Shown piece after piece: positions 39,726 to 51,959 of a stretch of 64,000 nt of DNA. Position 1 is the stretch's first letter. Every line of letters starts with the position of its first letter. This stretch comes from Octopus sinensis (taxonomy: Eukaryota). The notes beneath the pieces are model-generated. The model saw nothing but the letters and a program-made list of their open reading frames with translations, ran no database searches and was not told where the DNA came from. Position numbers and translations under genes: made by a program. The DNA lies in contig NC_043008.1 in NCBI RefSeq assembly GCF_006345805.1, positions 58,590,001-58,654,000 of the forward strand, given 5' to 3'.

Positions 39726-39890
39726 CATACAACGGTCTACTTTCTGTCCCCGTCTATCAAATCCGCTGACAAGGCTTTGGTCGGCCCGAGCCTATAGTAG
39801 AATACACTTGCCCATTGTGCCGTGCAGTGTGACTGAACCCGGAACCATGTGGATGGTAAGCAAACTACTTACCACACAGCCATGCCTTAG
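39440..39890. mobile_element. SINE family A with a fold-back: plus partial 39440-39571 joined with no spacer to a minus copy 39572-39890
   Basis: Symmetry axis in cttacaaggaat|attctttgtaag. Confidence 0.88.
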
Positions 39891-40399
39891 TTTTTACTCG
39901 AAGTTGCCACATGTGCTACACGTGTAGCTTATGCGGCTGCATCTGAAGTTCACGTCTCGCTTATGGTGTATACTCAACAGCTAGCTGCCCTTTCTATTTC
40001 TCAAACCATGCAACAGAGTGCGCTAAGTGGATTTTATCGCGTCACTTTAAAGAAAAGACATGTAACACACGAGGACGATCAAATCTTATTTAGATGTACT
40101 ACTCTATCAAACAGATAGAAAGTGATGCGACTTGTGTAGACCACGTCCAACAATTACGTTTTATTTTATCCTGATTTCTAAAGTTAGATACTTCTCTCAG
40201 TAATTACTCTACGGAGTGTAGAGGACGTGTTTTCTTTTGCTGCTGGCACACGGAAGAAAGATTAGAAGGACTCTCTATGCTGCATCATTTCTTATACTGA
40301 ATCTCTCTCTCTCTCACTCTCAGTCGGTCTCCCTATCTATCTGTCTGTATTCATGTCTTTCTCTCTATCTATTTGCTTACCTATATGTCTGATTGTCTA

Positions 40400-40613
40400 T
40401 GTGTCTACCTGTTTATCTATTTTTCTTTCTTTCTATCTATCGATCTATCTATCCATCTATCTATCTATCGATCTAACTATCCATCTATCTATCCATCTAT
40501 CTATCTATCGATCTAACTATCCATCTATCCATCTATCTATCTATCTATCCATCTATCTATCCATCGATCTATCTATCCATCTATCTATCCATCCATCAAT
40601 CCATCTGTCCATA

Positions 40614-40672
<59 letters not shown>

Positions 40673-40712
40673 TTATTTATTTATTTATCTATCTATCGAT
40701 CAATCGATCTAT
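40400..40712. repeat. (TCTA)/(TCCA) compound array
   Basis: Direct inspection. Confidence 0.95.
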
Positions 40713-40774
40713 ATACACAATAAGAAAGCGAGAAAAAGAGAGAGAGAGTGAAAGAGAGAGGATGTAAATCTATA

Positions 40775-41100
40775 TCTGGGAGCAGCATACATAACATTTC
40801 ACACTGAAAATGAAACGATCAGTAATAAAAGAGAAGTAAAACAAGGAATCATAATATTGCCCATATTCTTCCAAACACTTATAAGCTGCACTGGACGGCA
40901 TCTGTAAAAGGCTTAACTTGGATGAAATAGGAATAAACATCAATCGAAAGTTTATAAATCATTTACACTTCGGTGGCGACATAAACTTCTTCCCAAGAAA
41001 TGCTTATGAACTTGAACAGATGTTAAATGAAGCGACAAAAGAAAGCAGCTAAGTGGGACTGGAAATAAATATGAGGAAAACACAATTGCGTTCAAAACCA
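40775..41100 (+). mobile_element. RTE-clade LINE RT fragment (decayed)
   Basis: KREVKQGIIILP (RGVRQGD), IGININRKFINHLHFGGDI (NHLRFADDI), VGLEINMRKT. Confidence 0.8.
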
Positions 41101-41421
41101 TGCTTGAAGTGAGATCATCAAAACTGGCTAAAATGATAATAAATGACGAATATACAGGGTGTCTTAAAAGTCACTACCTATTTCGAAAAATACCTGGTAT
41201 TAGAAAAAACTTTATCTTATGTAGAAAGCCGAGGAGAGGAGAATATAATTGTAGAGAGAAATAAGTATTAAAAGAAAGGAAAAGAAGAAAATATATAATT
41301 TAATCAAGATATCATTAGCCTGCAGTATATACCTCACCTGGATATTTATCACTTCTTAGGTTCCGTTCAGTAAGAAATATATGAATCCCGCATCTTAATA
41401 CCTGGTATTGGGAAAAACTGA

Positions 41422-41742
41422 GGAGGCGCAATGGCCCAGTGGTTAGGGCAGCGGACTCGCGATCGGAGGATCTCGGTTTCGATTCCCAGACCGGGCGTTG
41501 TGTGTGTTTATAGAGCGAAAACACCTAAAAGCTTCACGAGGCTCCGGCAGGGGGTGGTGGCGACCCCTGTTGTACTCTTTCGGCCCAACTTTCTCTCACT
41601 CTCTCTTACTGTTTCTTGAGTAACGCTGCGATGGACTGGCGTCCCATCCAGCTGTGGGGGGGGGGGGGCACGCACGCCATAGAAACCGGGAAACCGGGCC
41701 CATGAGCCTGGCTAGGCTTGAAAAGGGCGTATAAATAAATAT
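41422..41742 (+). mobile_element. SINE family C with a V-domain-like tail
   Basis: A box tggcccagtggttagg, B box ggtttcgattccc; tail gcgatggactggcgtcccatccag; approximate TSD ggaaaa(a)ctg. Confidence 0.85.
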
Positions 41743-41802
41743 ATAATTAGGAAAACTGGTTTAAATTTGAATAACATATCAATTTCAAACATTATACTGT
41801 AA

Positions 41803-42656
41803 ACAAGTGGTGTTCCGCGTGTTAACCGTCAGTATCTCAACAGAGCTCAAAGCGACAGATAGCTTCAAGGAACCCATTTTCCAGCATCTGTTGTGTTACG
41901 TTTCGAAATGCATCAGTAATAAGATTTCGAAGCTCTGCTACATCTCTAATTCTTCTATTGGTATACCCCATAGATTCAATAAACCCTTAAGCGTAAAAAA
42001 TCTAATGGTGTTAAATTGAATGATCGTGCTTCCCATAGTTGTCTTCTACAACCAATCCAACGATGAGGGAATCACCTGTCAAAAAAAATTACGTATAATC
42101 ATTGTATAATGGCACAGAACTCCGTCAGGTTGAAAAACTACTGTGTCAAGAATGCAGTTTGTAAGAAGTTGAGATTCGAGGAATTGTTCAAGCATACGAA
42201 GATACACAATTCCCGTGACCATAGTCTCTGCGAATAATAAAGGTTTATACACTTTTGACTCAGTCATATCAAACCAAATATTCACTTTAGTGTATTTGTT
42301 CCCATTCAAGAAATTCAGTTGGCTGCATGCTTTTCCAAATGCGACAATTATGATGATTAAGTTTTCCCATGTGTGGAAGGTGGCTTCATCACTGAATAGA
42401 ATTTTGCTGATTAAATCGGCGCTCTTAATTTGATCAGTAAGCTCAGCGAACATCGCAGATCTGTGAGGATAGTCCTTTTCTCGTAAGTTGTGAAAAAATT
42501 AAATTCACTTTGTAGGATTTTTCGGATTGATGCACGTGGAATTACTAACATTTTAGCTGCCCTATGTGTCAATAATTGCAGCTCTTGTTTAAATGCTTCC
42601 CGAACCAATTCAATTCTATTTGATTTTCTTGGATGTCCATTTCTGTTGTCATCCAA
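41803..42656 (-). pseudogene. IS630-Tc1-mariner transposase pseudogene, about DD40D (DD41D rosa/Visitor-like)
   Basis: ILFSDEATFH, VFQPDG, FPHRWIG...WEARSFNLTPLDF and C-terminal C*DTDG*HAEHHL; 40 residues between D2 and D3 after removing a 1-nt insertion; candidate terminus TA|cagggtgtc at 41153-41163. Confidence 0.85.
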
Positions 42657-42853
42657 ATTCAGCTTTCTGAAATTTCATTACCTCACGAATAACGTTGTCT
42701 ATTGGACCTTTATTATGAAACTTCCCCTCAAATTTATTTCTAATTTCTTTGCATTTCAGGCCTTTTATCTTTCATGTTACCACAAGTACCCGTTCTTTCA
42801 CCTTCATCATTAGTTATTTGGATTTGAAAAATAAAAATAAAAACTACAGAAGT

Positions 42854-42972
42854 CGGGTTCAGTCCCACTGCGTGGCACCTTGGGCAGGTGTCTTCTACTA
42901 TAGCCTCGGGCCGATTAAGCATTGTGAGTGGATTTGGTAGACGGAAACTGAAAGAAGCCCGTCATATATATG

Positions 42973-43045
<73 letters not shown>

Positions 43046-43270
43046 ATATATATATGTGTGTGTGTGTGTATACTGGTGTCGGCGTTTGTCCCCCCCAAAT
43101 CGTTTGACAACCGATGCTGGTGTGTTTACGTCCCCGTAACTTAGCGGGTCCGCAAAAGAGACCTATTGAATAAGTACTAGGCTTACAAAGAATAAGTCCT
43201 GTGGTTGATCTGCGGTGCTCCGGCATGGCCACAGTCAAATGACTGAAACAATTAAACGAGTAAAAAGAGC
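42854..43270 (+). mobile_element. SINE family A (head truncated)
   Basis: cgggttcagtcccactgcgtggcaccttgggcag... through to the tail gactgaaac. Confidence 0.9.
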
Positions 43271-43344
43271 ATAAACCAATTAACATTTTGTAAAAGCACA
43301 AATTTGCTCTACTAACACTTTATCTTAATGACAGTATAGCATTC

Positions 43345-43485
43345 TTTTATCTTTTACTTGTTTCACTCATTAGATCGCGACCATAGTGGGGCACCACCTT
43401 GAAGCATTTTAGTCGAATGAATCCCGTTACCTATTATATCGTTTTCATTTGCCGAAGCGCTAAGATACAGGAACGTAAACAGCAA
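43345..43485 (-). mobile_element. SINE family A tail fragment (degraded), facing the preceding copy
   Basis: tcttttacttgtttcactcattaga...ggggcaccacc...ttagtcga. Confidence 0.6.
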
Positions 43486-43663
43486 TAGTTCATAAGAAGT
43501 ATCAAATTTCACTGAAACTGAGAGTGACTTTTGTGGCGCCTTGTATTTATTTCATGGGCATGACAGGTTTTTGGTACAGCCGTTTTACACCATAAATTTA
43601 ATGCCACTGAAATTTCGCTGCCTTATGTCACAACAGATGTCTTAATATTTCTTCTGTTTTTAA

Positions 43664-44112
43664 GGCGACCAGCTGGCGGTATCACTAACACGCTGGGTAA
43701 AATACTAAACGGTTTCCCGTCCGGCTTTATCTTCCGAGTTCCAATTCGCCGATGTCGATTTGCTTTTTAATCATTTCAAGGGTCGACAAAATAAATATCA
43801 GTTGAGCACTGGGGGTCGATGTAATCGACTTACCCATCACCCGAAATTGCCGGCTTTGTGCCAGAATTAGAAACCTAAACTCCCTTTGTTTTAAGGCGAT
43901 GAACTGGTAGTGTCTTCAGCACGCCGAATAAAATGCTTAGCGTCATTTCGTCCGTTTAAGCGTTCTAAGTTCACATTCCTCCAAGGTTGACTTTGCTTTC
44001 CATTCTTCCGGTTCTGATAAAATAAGTGTCAGTTGTGTATTGGTGTCGATGTTTATCAATTTACACCATTCCCACCCCTAAATTACTGGCCTTGTGCCGA
44101 AATTTGAAAACA
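43664..44112 (+). mobile_element. Two tandem degraded SINE family B copies (43664-43875 and 43894-44112)
   Basis: Both begin ttttaaggcga and end in ggc(t/c)ttgtgcc.aa.tt.gaaa. Confidence 0.75.
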
Positions 44113-45061
44113 ATATTTACGGTGTTTTAGCGTTGTCTCTTCTTTCAATATTCCTCCCATTTCATTATTTCATTCCTTTTAATGTTTCCGTTACTTTAAG
44201 TGCTTGTCTCGTTCTTATTGATCCAAGTGTTAATATGCCCGCAAAGACTTTTGGAAAAGAAACACATCTCGTGATTGAAACAACGCAAAGAACTATGGAA
44301 AATGCATTTAAGAATCAATAAAATGATCAAGAAAATTGTCACTGAATAAGAGATCAAACGAAAGAGAAAAAAGTCTCATAAATATATTTTGAAAGAAGAG
44401 AAAACGAAGGCAGGCAGAGCATGAGGCTCTAACAAAGAGCAAAAGTAATAAAAACCTGTGTAAAAAACTAGGAGCGAAAGAGATGGGTCTATAGAGTCGA
44501 AAACCGGAGACAAGATGGATGGAGAAGTGAAGATAATAAATTCATATGTGACTTGAGAGAGAGGGTACAAAGTAAGAGTTGTTGGGAGCAATTTGGTAAG
44601 ATCTTCACCTTATGATGAATACATCGTAGGTGTCATTAATATTGATGCTCACCATCACACACGCACGCACGCACATAGTCATACACATATATATATAGAG
44701 ATACATAGACACTCACGCGTATAATGGAGTTCGATTAATCAATGAAGGTAGCTATAGTTCAGTCAGCTGCAAAGCGAAGATGACTAGATAATGATCTGCT
44801 ACTATCATACAATTGTCTCTTCTGAGATACACAGAAAGTCAAAAAGCAGAGTCTTGTCAATGTACAGATGTATATACATCGTCAGAGCACCACTAGAAAA
44901 AGAACGTTTGACTGCAGGACAATATTTTCTTTCAAGTGGTATGATCTATAAGCTACTTCCTTTGGTTCATGTATCACTGAGTGGTTAGCAATACAACTTC
45001 ATACAGATAAAGCCAATTAATGCCTGAATATATGAAAATATCGATTAATATATATATGTTT

Positions 45062-45290
45062 CTTTATTACCCACAAGGGTTTAAAAATAGAGGGGACAAA
45101 CAAGGACAGACAAACGGATTAAGACGATTACATCGACCCCAGTGCTTAACTGGTACTTAATTTATCGACCCCGAAAGGATGAAAGGCAAAGTCGACCTCG
45201 GCGGAATTTTAACTCAGAACGTAACGGCAGACGAAATACGGCTACACATTTCGCCCGGCGTTCTAACGGTTCTGCCAGCTCGGCGCCTTT
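45062..45290 (-). mobile_element. SINE family B (tail 1)
   Basis: Reverse complement of the family B head, core and tail. Confidence 0.9.
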
Positions 45291-45321
45291 ATCGTTTAAT
45301 ATATATATATATATAGTATTC

Positions 45322-45520
45322 AAGGCAGCGATCCGATAGAATAGTTAGCTTTCCCGAGCAAAATGATTCGCGGCATTTCGTCCGTCTTTGCGACAAGAGT
45401 TCAAATTCTGCCGAGGCTGAATTTATCTTTCATCTTTCTGGGGTCAATTAAATAAGCACCAGTTAAGCACTGGGGGTCGATGTAATCAACTTCCCTGCTC
45501 CACCAAAATTTTAGTCCTTG
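45322..45520 (+). mobile_element. SINE family B (degraded), divergent partner of 45062-45290
   Basis: aaggcagcga...gagttcaaattctgccgagg...gcactgggggtcgatgtaatc. Confidence 0.7.
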
Positions 45521-45765
45521 ATAGCTGAAAGAATATATGTGGCCTTGACTCTACTTTCAATATTACAGGTTTAATGTTTGAACGTGTTAAGTAGAAAACC
45601 CTCTTCAGCCGGTCCTTTATCTATAACATTTCTTACCCATCTTCCAGCATATTACTGTTTTCAAATCAGATTTAAGGCAAGTGTTGTAACCTAATTTATG
45701 TTTGTGAAAGTGTCTCGTCCTAAAGCTTAGTACTTCATAGGGAACAGTGCTCGGTATCATAATAA

Positions 45766-46182
45766 AGGCGGCGAGCTGGCAGAAACGTTAGCACGCTGGG
45801 CGAAATTCTAAGCGGTATTTCGTCTGCGTTACGTTGTGAGTTCAAATTCCGCCGAGGTCGACTTTGCCTTTCATCCTTTCGGGATCGATCAAATAAGTAC
45901 CAGTTACACACTGGTGTCGATGTAATCGACTTAATCCGTTTGTCTGTCCTTGTTTGTCCCCTCTGTGTTTAGCCCCTTGAGGGTAGTAAAGAAATAGGTA
46001 TTTCGTCTGCCGCTACGTTCTGAGTTCAGATTACGCCGAGGTTGACTTTGCCTTTCATCCTTTCGGGATCGATCAAATAAGTACCAGTTATGCACTGGTG
46101 TCGATGTAATCGACTTAATCCGTTTGTCTGTCCTTGTTTGTCCCCTCTCTGTGTTTAGCCCCTTGTGGGTAGTAAAGAAATA
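45766..46182 (+). mobile_element. SINE family B partial dimer inside one TSD
   Basis: 13-bp TSD ggtatcataataa at 45753-45765 and 46183-46195; restart at ggtatttcg (45997), period about 183-186 bp. Confidence 0.93.
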
Positions 46183-46409
46183 GGTATCATAATAATCTTA
46201 TCACTACTCATATGGTCTCAAAAATATAAGTAGCGGCTATCGACGACACTTCTGCTTATATCGTTTTCACAGCTTAATATTTGAAAATGTTCATATATCT
46301 AGCTACACATGAAAACGGACACAAAACTCAGCAAATACAAATCAAACAGACGCATATAAATACAATATAATATGTAGATGCATCAAGACATATATAAATA
46401 TACAAACAC

Positions 46410-47200
46410 ACATTCATTCATTCATGCATTCATACATACATACATACATACATACATACATACATACATACATACATACACACACACACATACATACATA
46501 CACACATACACACATACATACACACATACATACACACATACATACATACACACATACATACATACATACACACATACATACATACATACACACATACATA
46601 CATACATACACACATACATACATACATACATACATACATACATACACACATACATACACACATACATACACACATACATACATACACACATACACACATA
46701 CACACATACATACATACATACACACATACATACATACATACACACATACATACATACATATATACACACATACATACATACATACACACATACATACACA
46801 CATACATACACACATACATACATACATACATACATACATACACACATACATACATACATACACACATACATACACACATACATACACACATACATACATA
46901 CACACATACATACATACACACATACATACATACATACACACATACATACATACATACATACACACATACATACATACATACATACACACATACATACATA
47001 CATACACACATACATACCCACATACATACACACATACATACATACACACATACACACATACATACATACATACATACATACATACATACATACATACATA
47101 CATGCATGCATGCATGCATACATACATGCATACATACATACAAACATACATACATACATACATACATACATACATACATACATACATACATACACATATA
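46410..47200. repeat. About 0.8-kb (TACA)/(CACA) array
   Basis: Direct inspection; explains the four 257-290 aa ORFs. Confidence 0.97.
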
Positions 47201-47264
47201 CATTATAAAATGTAAACACAATAGGCCTCGTATAATGATTTGAAATAGAGAAGTAAAATTGTGT

Positions 47265-47550
47265 AAAATTGTGGAAATCAGCTGCCCAGTGGATGTTAAC
47301 ATAAAGCCGAAGAGCAGCTGAAAAGAAAGTACCTATACTGAATTATTGAGAAGTTTGCTGTTACTCTACCCAGATTACAAGGCTAGGTTTATACCTGTAA
47401 TTACTGGAGCTCTGGGATATGTAACACACTGCCTAAATACCCGTCTTGAGAAACTAGACTTCGCAAAACTAGAAAGGGAAAGCTAATTCGAAGACTACAG
47501 ATCCAATCCATCTGTAGAAATCTGTAAAACTCCAGATGTTTAACATTTAA
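47265..47550 (+). mobile_element. 3' end of an RLE-type LINE (restriction-like endonuclease region)
   Basis: KIVEISCPVDVNIK (E.S.P.D.N..K motif), then LYPDYKARFIPVITGALG. Confidence 0.7.
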
Positions 47551-47563
47551 ATATATATGAGAA

Positions 47564-47657
<94 letters not shown>

Positions 47658-48230
47658 CATGTCTGTAGAGGTGTCGCATCATGCTAGTGCTGTTAGTGTA
47701 GAGGTATCATCGCAGCTGTGCCGTGCAGGACATGTCTGTAGCATACAGAGCGTCAAGATCCCATAGGTGGTTCCCTATGCTTAGCTGCACCAGTGCAGGG
47801 GGAGCCGCGTTGGCCGAAGCTTAGAGGTATGTGCTGAATAGACATATTTAGAAATCCAGCATTTCCCTAGACACCCAGGCGCACAAAAATGCTGTAGTGC
47901 AATGAATGGCACCGATTGCTACATCTCGTAATTGCAACGATTGAGCAGATACAACGGAGACCACATGATATCTGAAGAAGCACATGAAAGACGTCACTTC
48001 TCCATTGTGTATGCATCTTTCCTTGTAGCAGATGCCATCGCCGCTGCACATCGAGAGCAGCTCGTGTAGCCCACATGTGAGAGTGCTGCAGATGATTTCT
48101 GAACAAAATAGTGACCATCAACCGACGACGACGACAACAACCACATATATAAATCCATACGTTTGTACTCATGATAGCTCGCTAGCCACTACAGATTCTT
48201 TATTTTCTCTCCTTGTTTCTTTCTGTGTTC

Positions 48231-48266
48231 CTTTCTGTGGAAGAGCGTAGGCTCGAAAGGTTAAAG
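48231..48266 (+). ncRNA. Minimal hammerhead-like motif in the 5' pLTR (CUGUGGA core, stem III mutated)
   Basis: CUUU-CUGUGGA-A-GAGC guag GCUC-GAAA-GG-UU-AAAG. Confidence 0.45.
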
Positions 48267-48385
48267 ACTTTTTCACTTCCCGGGCGTTATGTTAATTCAT
48301 CTGTTTGTTGTCTACACCTCCTGTCTTCGTTTTTTTTGGGTTTTTTTTTTGTGAATTCTCCGTATATATATATATATATATATAT

Positions 48386-49123
48386 GACTTTGAGACTCAG
48401 TCTCAACGTATGGCTCACCACTTCATCCTACGTGGATACCCCCTCACCACTATCCACACCGCCCTTGCCAGAGCACATTCCGTGGACCGTGTATCTGTTC
48501 TCTCTCCCCGAACCCGCCCTGTAGTCTCCCGCCTCCCTTTTCTCCTCACTTACCACCCCACGACCCTACCTCTCCAACGCATTATTCTTCGAGCTTTCCG
48601 TCATCTCCAGTCCGACCCGTCCACTTCACACCTCTTCCCTAACCGACCCCTCCCCTCTTTCAAACGAGCCCATAACCTTAGAGACCTTTTGGTCCATAGC
48701 TCCTACCCTGACCCTACCTCCCAACCTGGCTCGTTCCCCTGCTCCCGCCCACGTTGCTGCACTTGCCCTTACCTCTCCAACACCACCCTCCTCACTGGCA
48801 CCCATCATCGACCCTATCGCATCATCAACTCCTTCACCTGCACCTCCAGCAATATTATCTATTGCGTCTCTTGCTCTCTCTGCCATTCCCTGTACATCGG
48901 ACAAACGGGACGCCGCTTGGCTGACCGGTTCGCGGAACACCTTCGTGACATCCGCCTTGCGAACGACACACCGGTCTCACGCCATTTCCGCTCCACCGGT
49001 CACTCCTTGCAACACCTGTCTGTGTTCGGTTTGTCCTTACACAGAGGCCATCCGGATTCCCGTTTGCGCCGTGAACAGGAATTAATCTTCTCTCTTCGCT
49101 CTTATACGCCATTTGGTCTCAAC
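48386..49123 (+). CDS. PLE RT thumb, Cys-rich linker and GIY-YIG endonuclease (partial, uninterrupted 246 codons)
   Basis: RGYP; LTYHP; CSRPRCCTC; NIIYCVSCSLCHSLYIGQTGRRLADRFAEH; PVSRHF...H; RREQELIFSL..TPFGLN; the frame then reads on into low-complexity sequence. Confidence 0.9.
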
Positions 49124-49830
49124 TCTCCCCCCTCCTCATCTAACCCCCTCTCCCCCTCCTCATCTAACCTCCCCCCGACCCCTACTTCTCTTCAGTCCTT
49201 CATCCTTTCACCCCTACTCCTCTTCCCTTCTTCCCTCTTTCTCCCTCCCTCCTTCTTCCCTCTTCCCCTTCCCTCTTTCTCTCTGCTCCCTCACTCCCCT
49301 TCTCTCTCTCTCTCCCCCTCTCCCTCTATCCTTCCTCCTCCTCTCTCCTCCTCTTCTCCTCTCCTCCTCTTCTCCTCTCCCCTCCTCTTCTCCTCTCCCC
49401 TCCTCTTCTCCTCTCCTTCCTTCTCCCCCTTCTCTCCCCTCTCTTCTCCTCTCCTTCCTTCTCCCCTTTTCCCCCTCCTCTTCTCCTCTTTCTTTCTCCC
49501 CCTCCCCTCTCCCCTACCTCTCCCCTACCTCCCCCTCTTCCCTCATCTCCTCTCTCTACACTACACATCACATCATATATACATACACACGTCCAGACCT
49601 CTCATACGCACTAATACTCTCTCATACACACAAACACACTCTTCTCATACACACACACACACCCTTATGTTGGAGCGAGGTCATTTAACCCTATTATCTC
49701 CCCTAATTTTGCTCTTGCGTCTCACGTTTGATCTTTGACTTCTGGCCGAAATCAGATCGCCATGTTGATTCGCTAGCCTCTGCACGCATATTTTTTTTCT
49801 TTCCTTCTTTCTGTGTTTTTTCTCTGTGTA

Positions 49831-49868
49831 TCTTTCTGTTGAAGAGCGTAGGCTCGAAACGTTAAAGA
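49831..49868 (+). ncRNA. Minimal hammerhead-like motif in the 3' pLTR (CUGUUGA core, A6U)
   Basis: UCUUU-CUGUUGA-A-GAGC guag GCUC-GAAA-CG-UU-AAAGA; palindromic ACGU stem III. Confidence 0.6.
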
Positions 49869-50144
49869 CTTGTTTTATATATATTTCCTGAGCGCCATAC
49901 TAATACAATTGTTTGTTTGTATTCCACCTGCCTTCGTCTTTTGTTTATTTCCGTAAACCTGCCTTCGTCTTTTGTCTATTTTCATAAAGCTTCCCGTTAT
50001 ATATATATATGTGTTTAAGAACCATGGTAATATTTATATATGATCAAATGTTTGGAGGTATGGTTTTATATAATAAAGTCGTTGACTCGAATTTGATGAT
50101 TGTTCTATGATCAATATTTCTTTATACATACATACATACATACA

Positions 50145-50179
<35 letters not shown>

Positions 50180-50210
50180 TGTGTGTGTGTGTGTGTTGCG
50201 TGTGTGTGTG

Positions 50211-50515
50211 AGGCACAATGGCCCAGTGGTTAGGGTATCGGACTCGCAGTCGTAGGATCGCCGTTTCGATTCCGAGACCGGGCATTGTGAGTATTTATTA
50301 TTTAGTTGAGCGAAAACACCTAAATCTCCTTGAAGCTCCGGCAGGGGGTGGTGGTGTTCCCTGGTGTACACTTTCACCACAAATTCTCTCACTCTCTGTT
50401 CTGTTGGCCTGCTCGCTTAGCCAAAGGGGTGGCCTCATTGAAGGCTAAAACAATGCGAAGTGCATTGTGACCAGAGATGTGTAGCAACCTCTGATGGCTT
50501 GGTCGGTCACGTGAT

Positions 50516-50524
<9 letters not shown>
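50211..50524 (+). mobile_element. SINE family C with a cacgtgat-ending tail
   Basis: A box tggcccagtggttagg, B box gtttcgattcc; tail ...ggtcggtcacgtgatcacgtgata. Confidence 0.9.
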
Positions 50525-50559
<35 letters not shown>

Positions 50560-50600
50560 CTCTCTCACTCTCTCTCTCTCTCTCTCTCTCTGTATATATT

Positions 50601-51619
50601 CATGGGTTGGACAAAATAATGGAAACACCTAGCACCGTTGCATCATAATTTTGAAATATCTATAAAACTGTCAAAAGTTTGTTTATTTTTAAGATTTTTC
50701 ATTTATTATTAGTGTTCCTTAATATGTTTTGCTAAAATTTCTGTTTCTTTTCAGATATCACCAGAAAAAGGTGAATTAAATTCATTAAAATGACCGATCT
50801 ATCGGACTTTCAAAGAGGTAAAATTGTTGGTAACGAAAACAGCCGAAATATTTGGTGTATCAAAAAGTACTGTCTCGAAAATAATGACAGCCTTTGAGAA
50901 AGTGGGAAAATCCTCCTCGTCGAAATAAAACTCTGGAAGAAAACGAAAACTTTCAGATAGGGACCGTCGACTCTTACGCGAATTGTTAGAAAGGATCATA
51001 AAAGTACAGCTCCCAAAATTACTGCAGAGCTTAATGACCACCCCCAGAAACCAGTTTCCACAAAAACTGTTCGCTGGAAGCTATACAAAGCCGGATTTCA
51101 CTGGAGGGCTGCAATCAGAGAACCACTACTTTCAGAAACAAACGTTGCAAAGCGTTTAGAGTGGAGTAAGAACCTACAGAATTGGTCCTTAGAGCAGTAG
51201 AAGAATGCTATTTTGAGAGCTGTACTTTTGTGATCCTTTCTAACAATCCGCGTAAGAGTAAGTTTTGGTTTTCTTCCAGAGTTCTGTTTCGACGAGAAGG
51301 TTAGGCTGTCCTTACTTTCGAGACAGAACTTCTTGATACACCCAACATTTAGGCTGTTTTCGTTAGGCTAGCGCCTGCCAATAGGTGCCTCGACGATTTG
51401 ACCACTTTAAAAGGCCGATATATCTGACACTTTAATGAATTGTAAATACCTTTCTATGATGATATCAGAAAACAAATAGCAATTTCAGCAAAAACTATTA
51501 AGGAACACTAATAATAATTCAAAAAACATAAAAATAAGCAAGCTTTTGACGCTTTTATAGATATTTCAAAATTATGATTCTATGATGCTAGGTGTTTCCA
51601 TTATTTTGTCTAACCCCTG
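50601..51619. mobile_element. Fold-back Tc1 derivative: two inverted transposon 5' ends (about 410-420-bp arms) around a 190-bp coding spacer
   Basis: Termini ca(t/g)gggtt(g/a)gacaaaataatggaaacacctagca; left arm and spacer encode a Tc1 N-terminus (SGRKRKLS, TAELN, KTVR, PLLSETNVAKRLEW). Confidence 0.88.
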
Positions 51620-51686
51620 TATATACTATGGTAAGGTGACGCAAACTGAAAAAATAAAACTCAAAATATGAGTATATGTATAATAT

Positions 51687-51828
51687 TATTAATATTTTGT
51701 AGAATTAACAGAGTGACTCAAGGTCCAAGAGTTTCGTGCGTTGGCACATTTCATACTAGTTTGATAACTGCCTACGCATGAAATTTTGGGACCTTGAGTC
51801 AGTCGGTTACTTCTGCTAAGTATTAATA
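51687..51828. mobile_element. 142-bp degenerate palindromic MITE-like element
   Basis: Arms tattaata...gactcaaggtcc...ggca / tgcc...ggaccttgagtc...tattaata with a 22-nt loop. Confidence 0.65.
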
Positions 51829-51907
51829 TATATTTATACTTATCTCTCTCTGTCTACCTATCGATATAAATACATGCATATATACATGCGTGCATACACA
51901 CATACAT

Positions 51908-51959
<52 letters not shown>

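Larger units (their letters stand above)
48185..49999 (+). mobile_element. 5'-truncated Penelope-like element (Neptune-like), flanked by related direct terminal repeats (pLTRs)
   Basis: pLTR 48185-48364, (TA)n, RT-thumb/GIY-YIG frame, polypyrimidine tail, pLTR about 49780-49999, (TA)n. Confidence 0.9.

Noticed and set aside
46378-47302. Four 257-290 aa ORFs (HTYI/MYVC repeats), and similar YIYI, HTHT and poly-L/I ORFs across the window
   Set aside because: They are translations of stop-free microsatellites with no protein-like complexity.
47972-47995. CUGAAGA-agcacau-GAAA-gacg-UC hammerhead-like string
   Set aside because: No stem I pairing with the flanks and no proper stem II or III.
48305-49738. 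The 477-aa ORF as a host gene
   Set aside because: Only 48386-49123 is protein-like and it is PLE-derived; the start lies in the pLTR/(TA)n and the C-terminal part is a C/T low-complexity tail.
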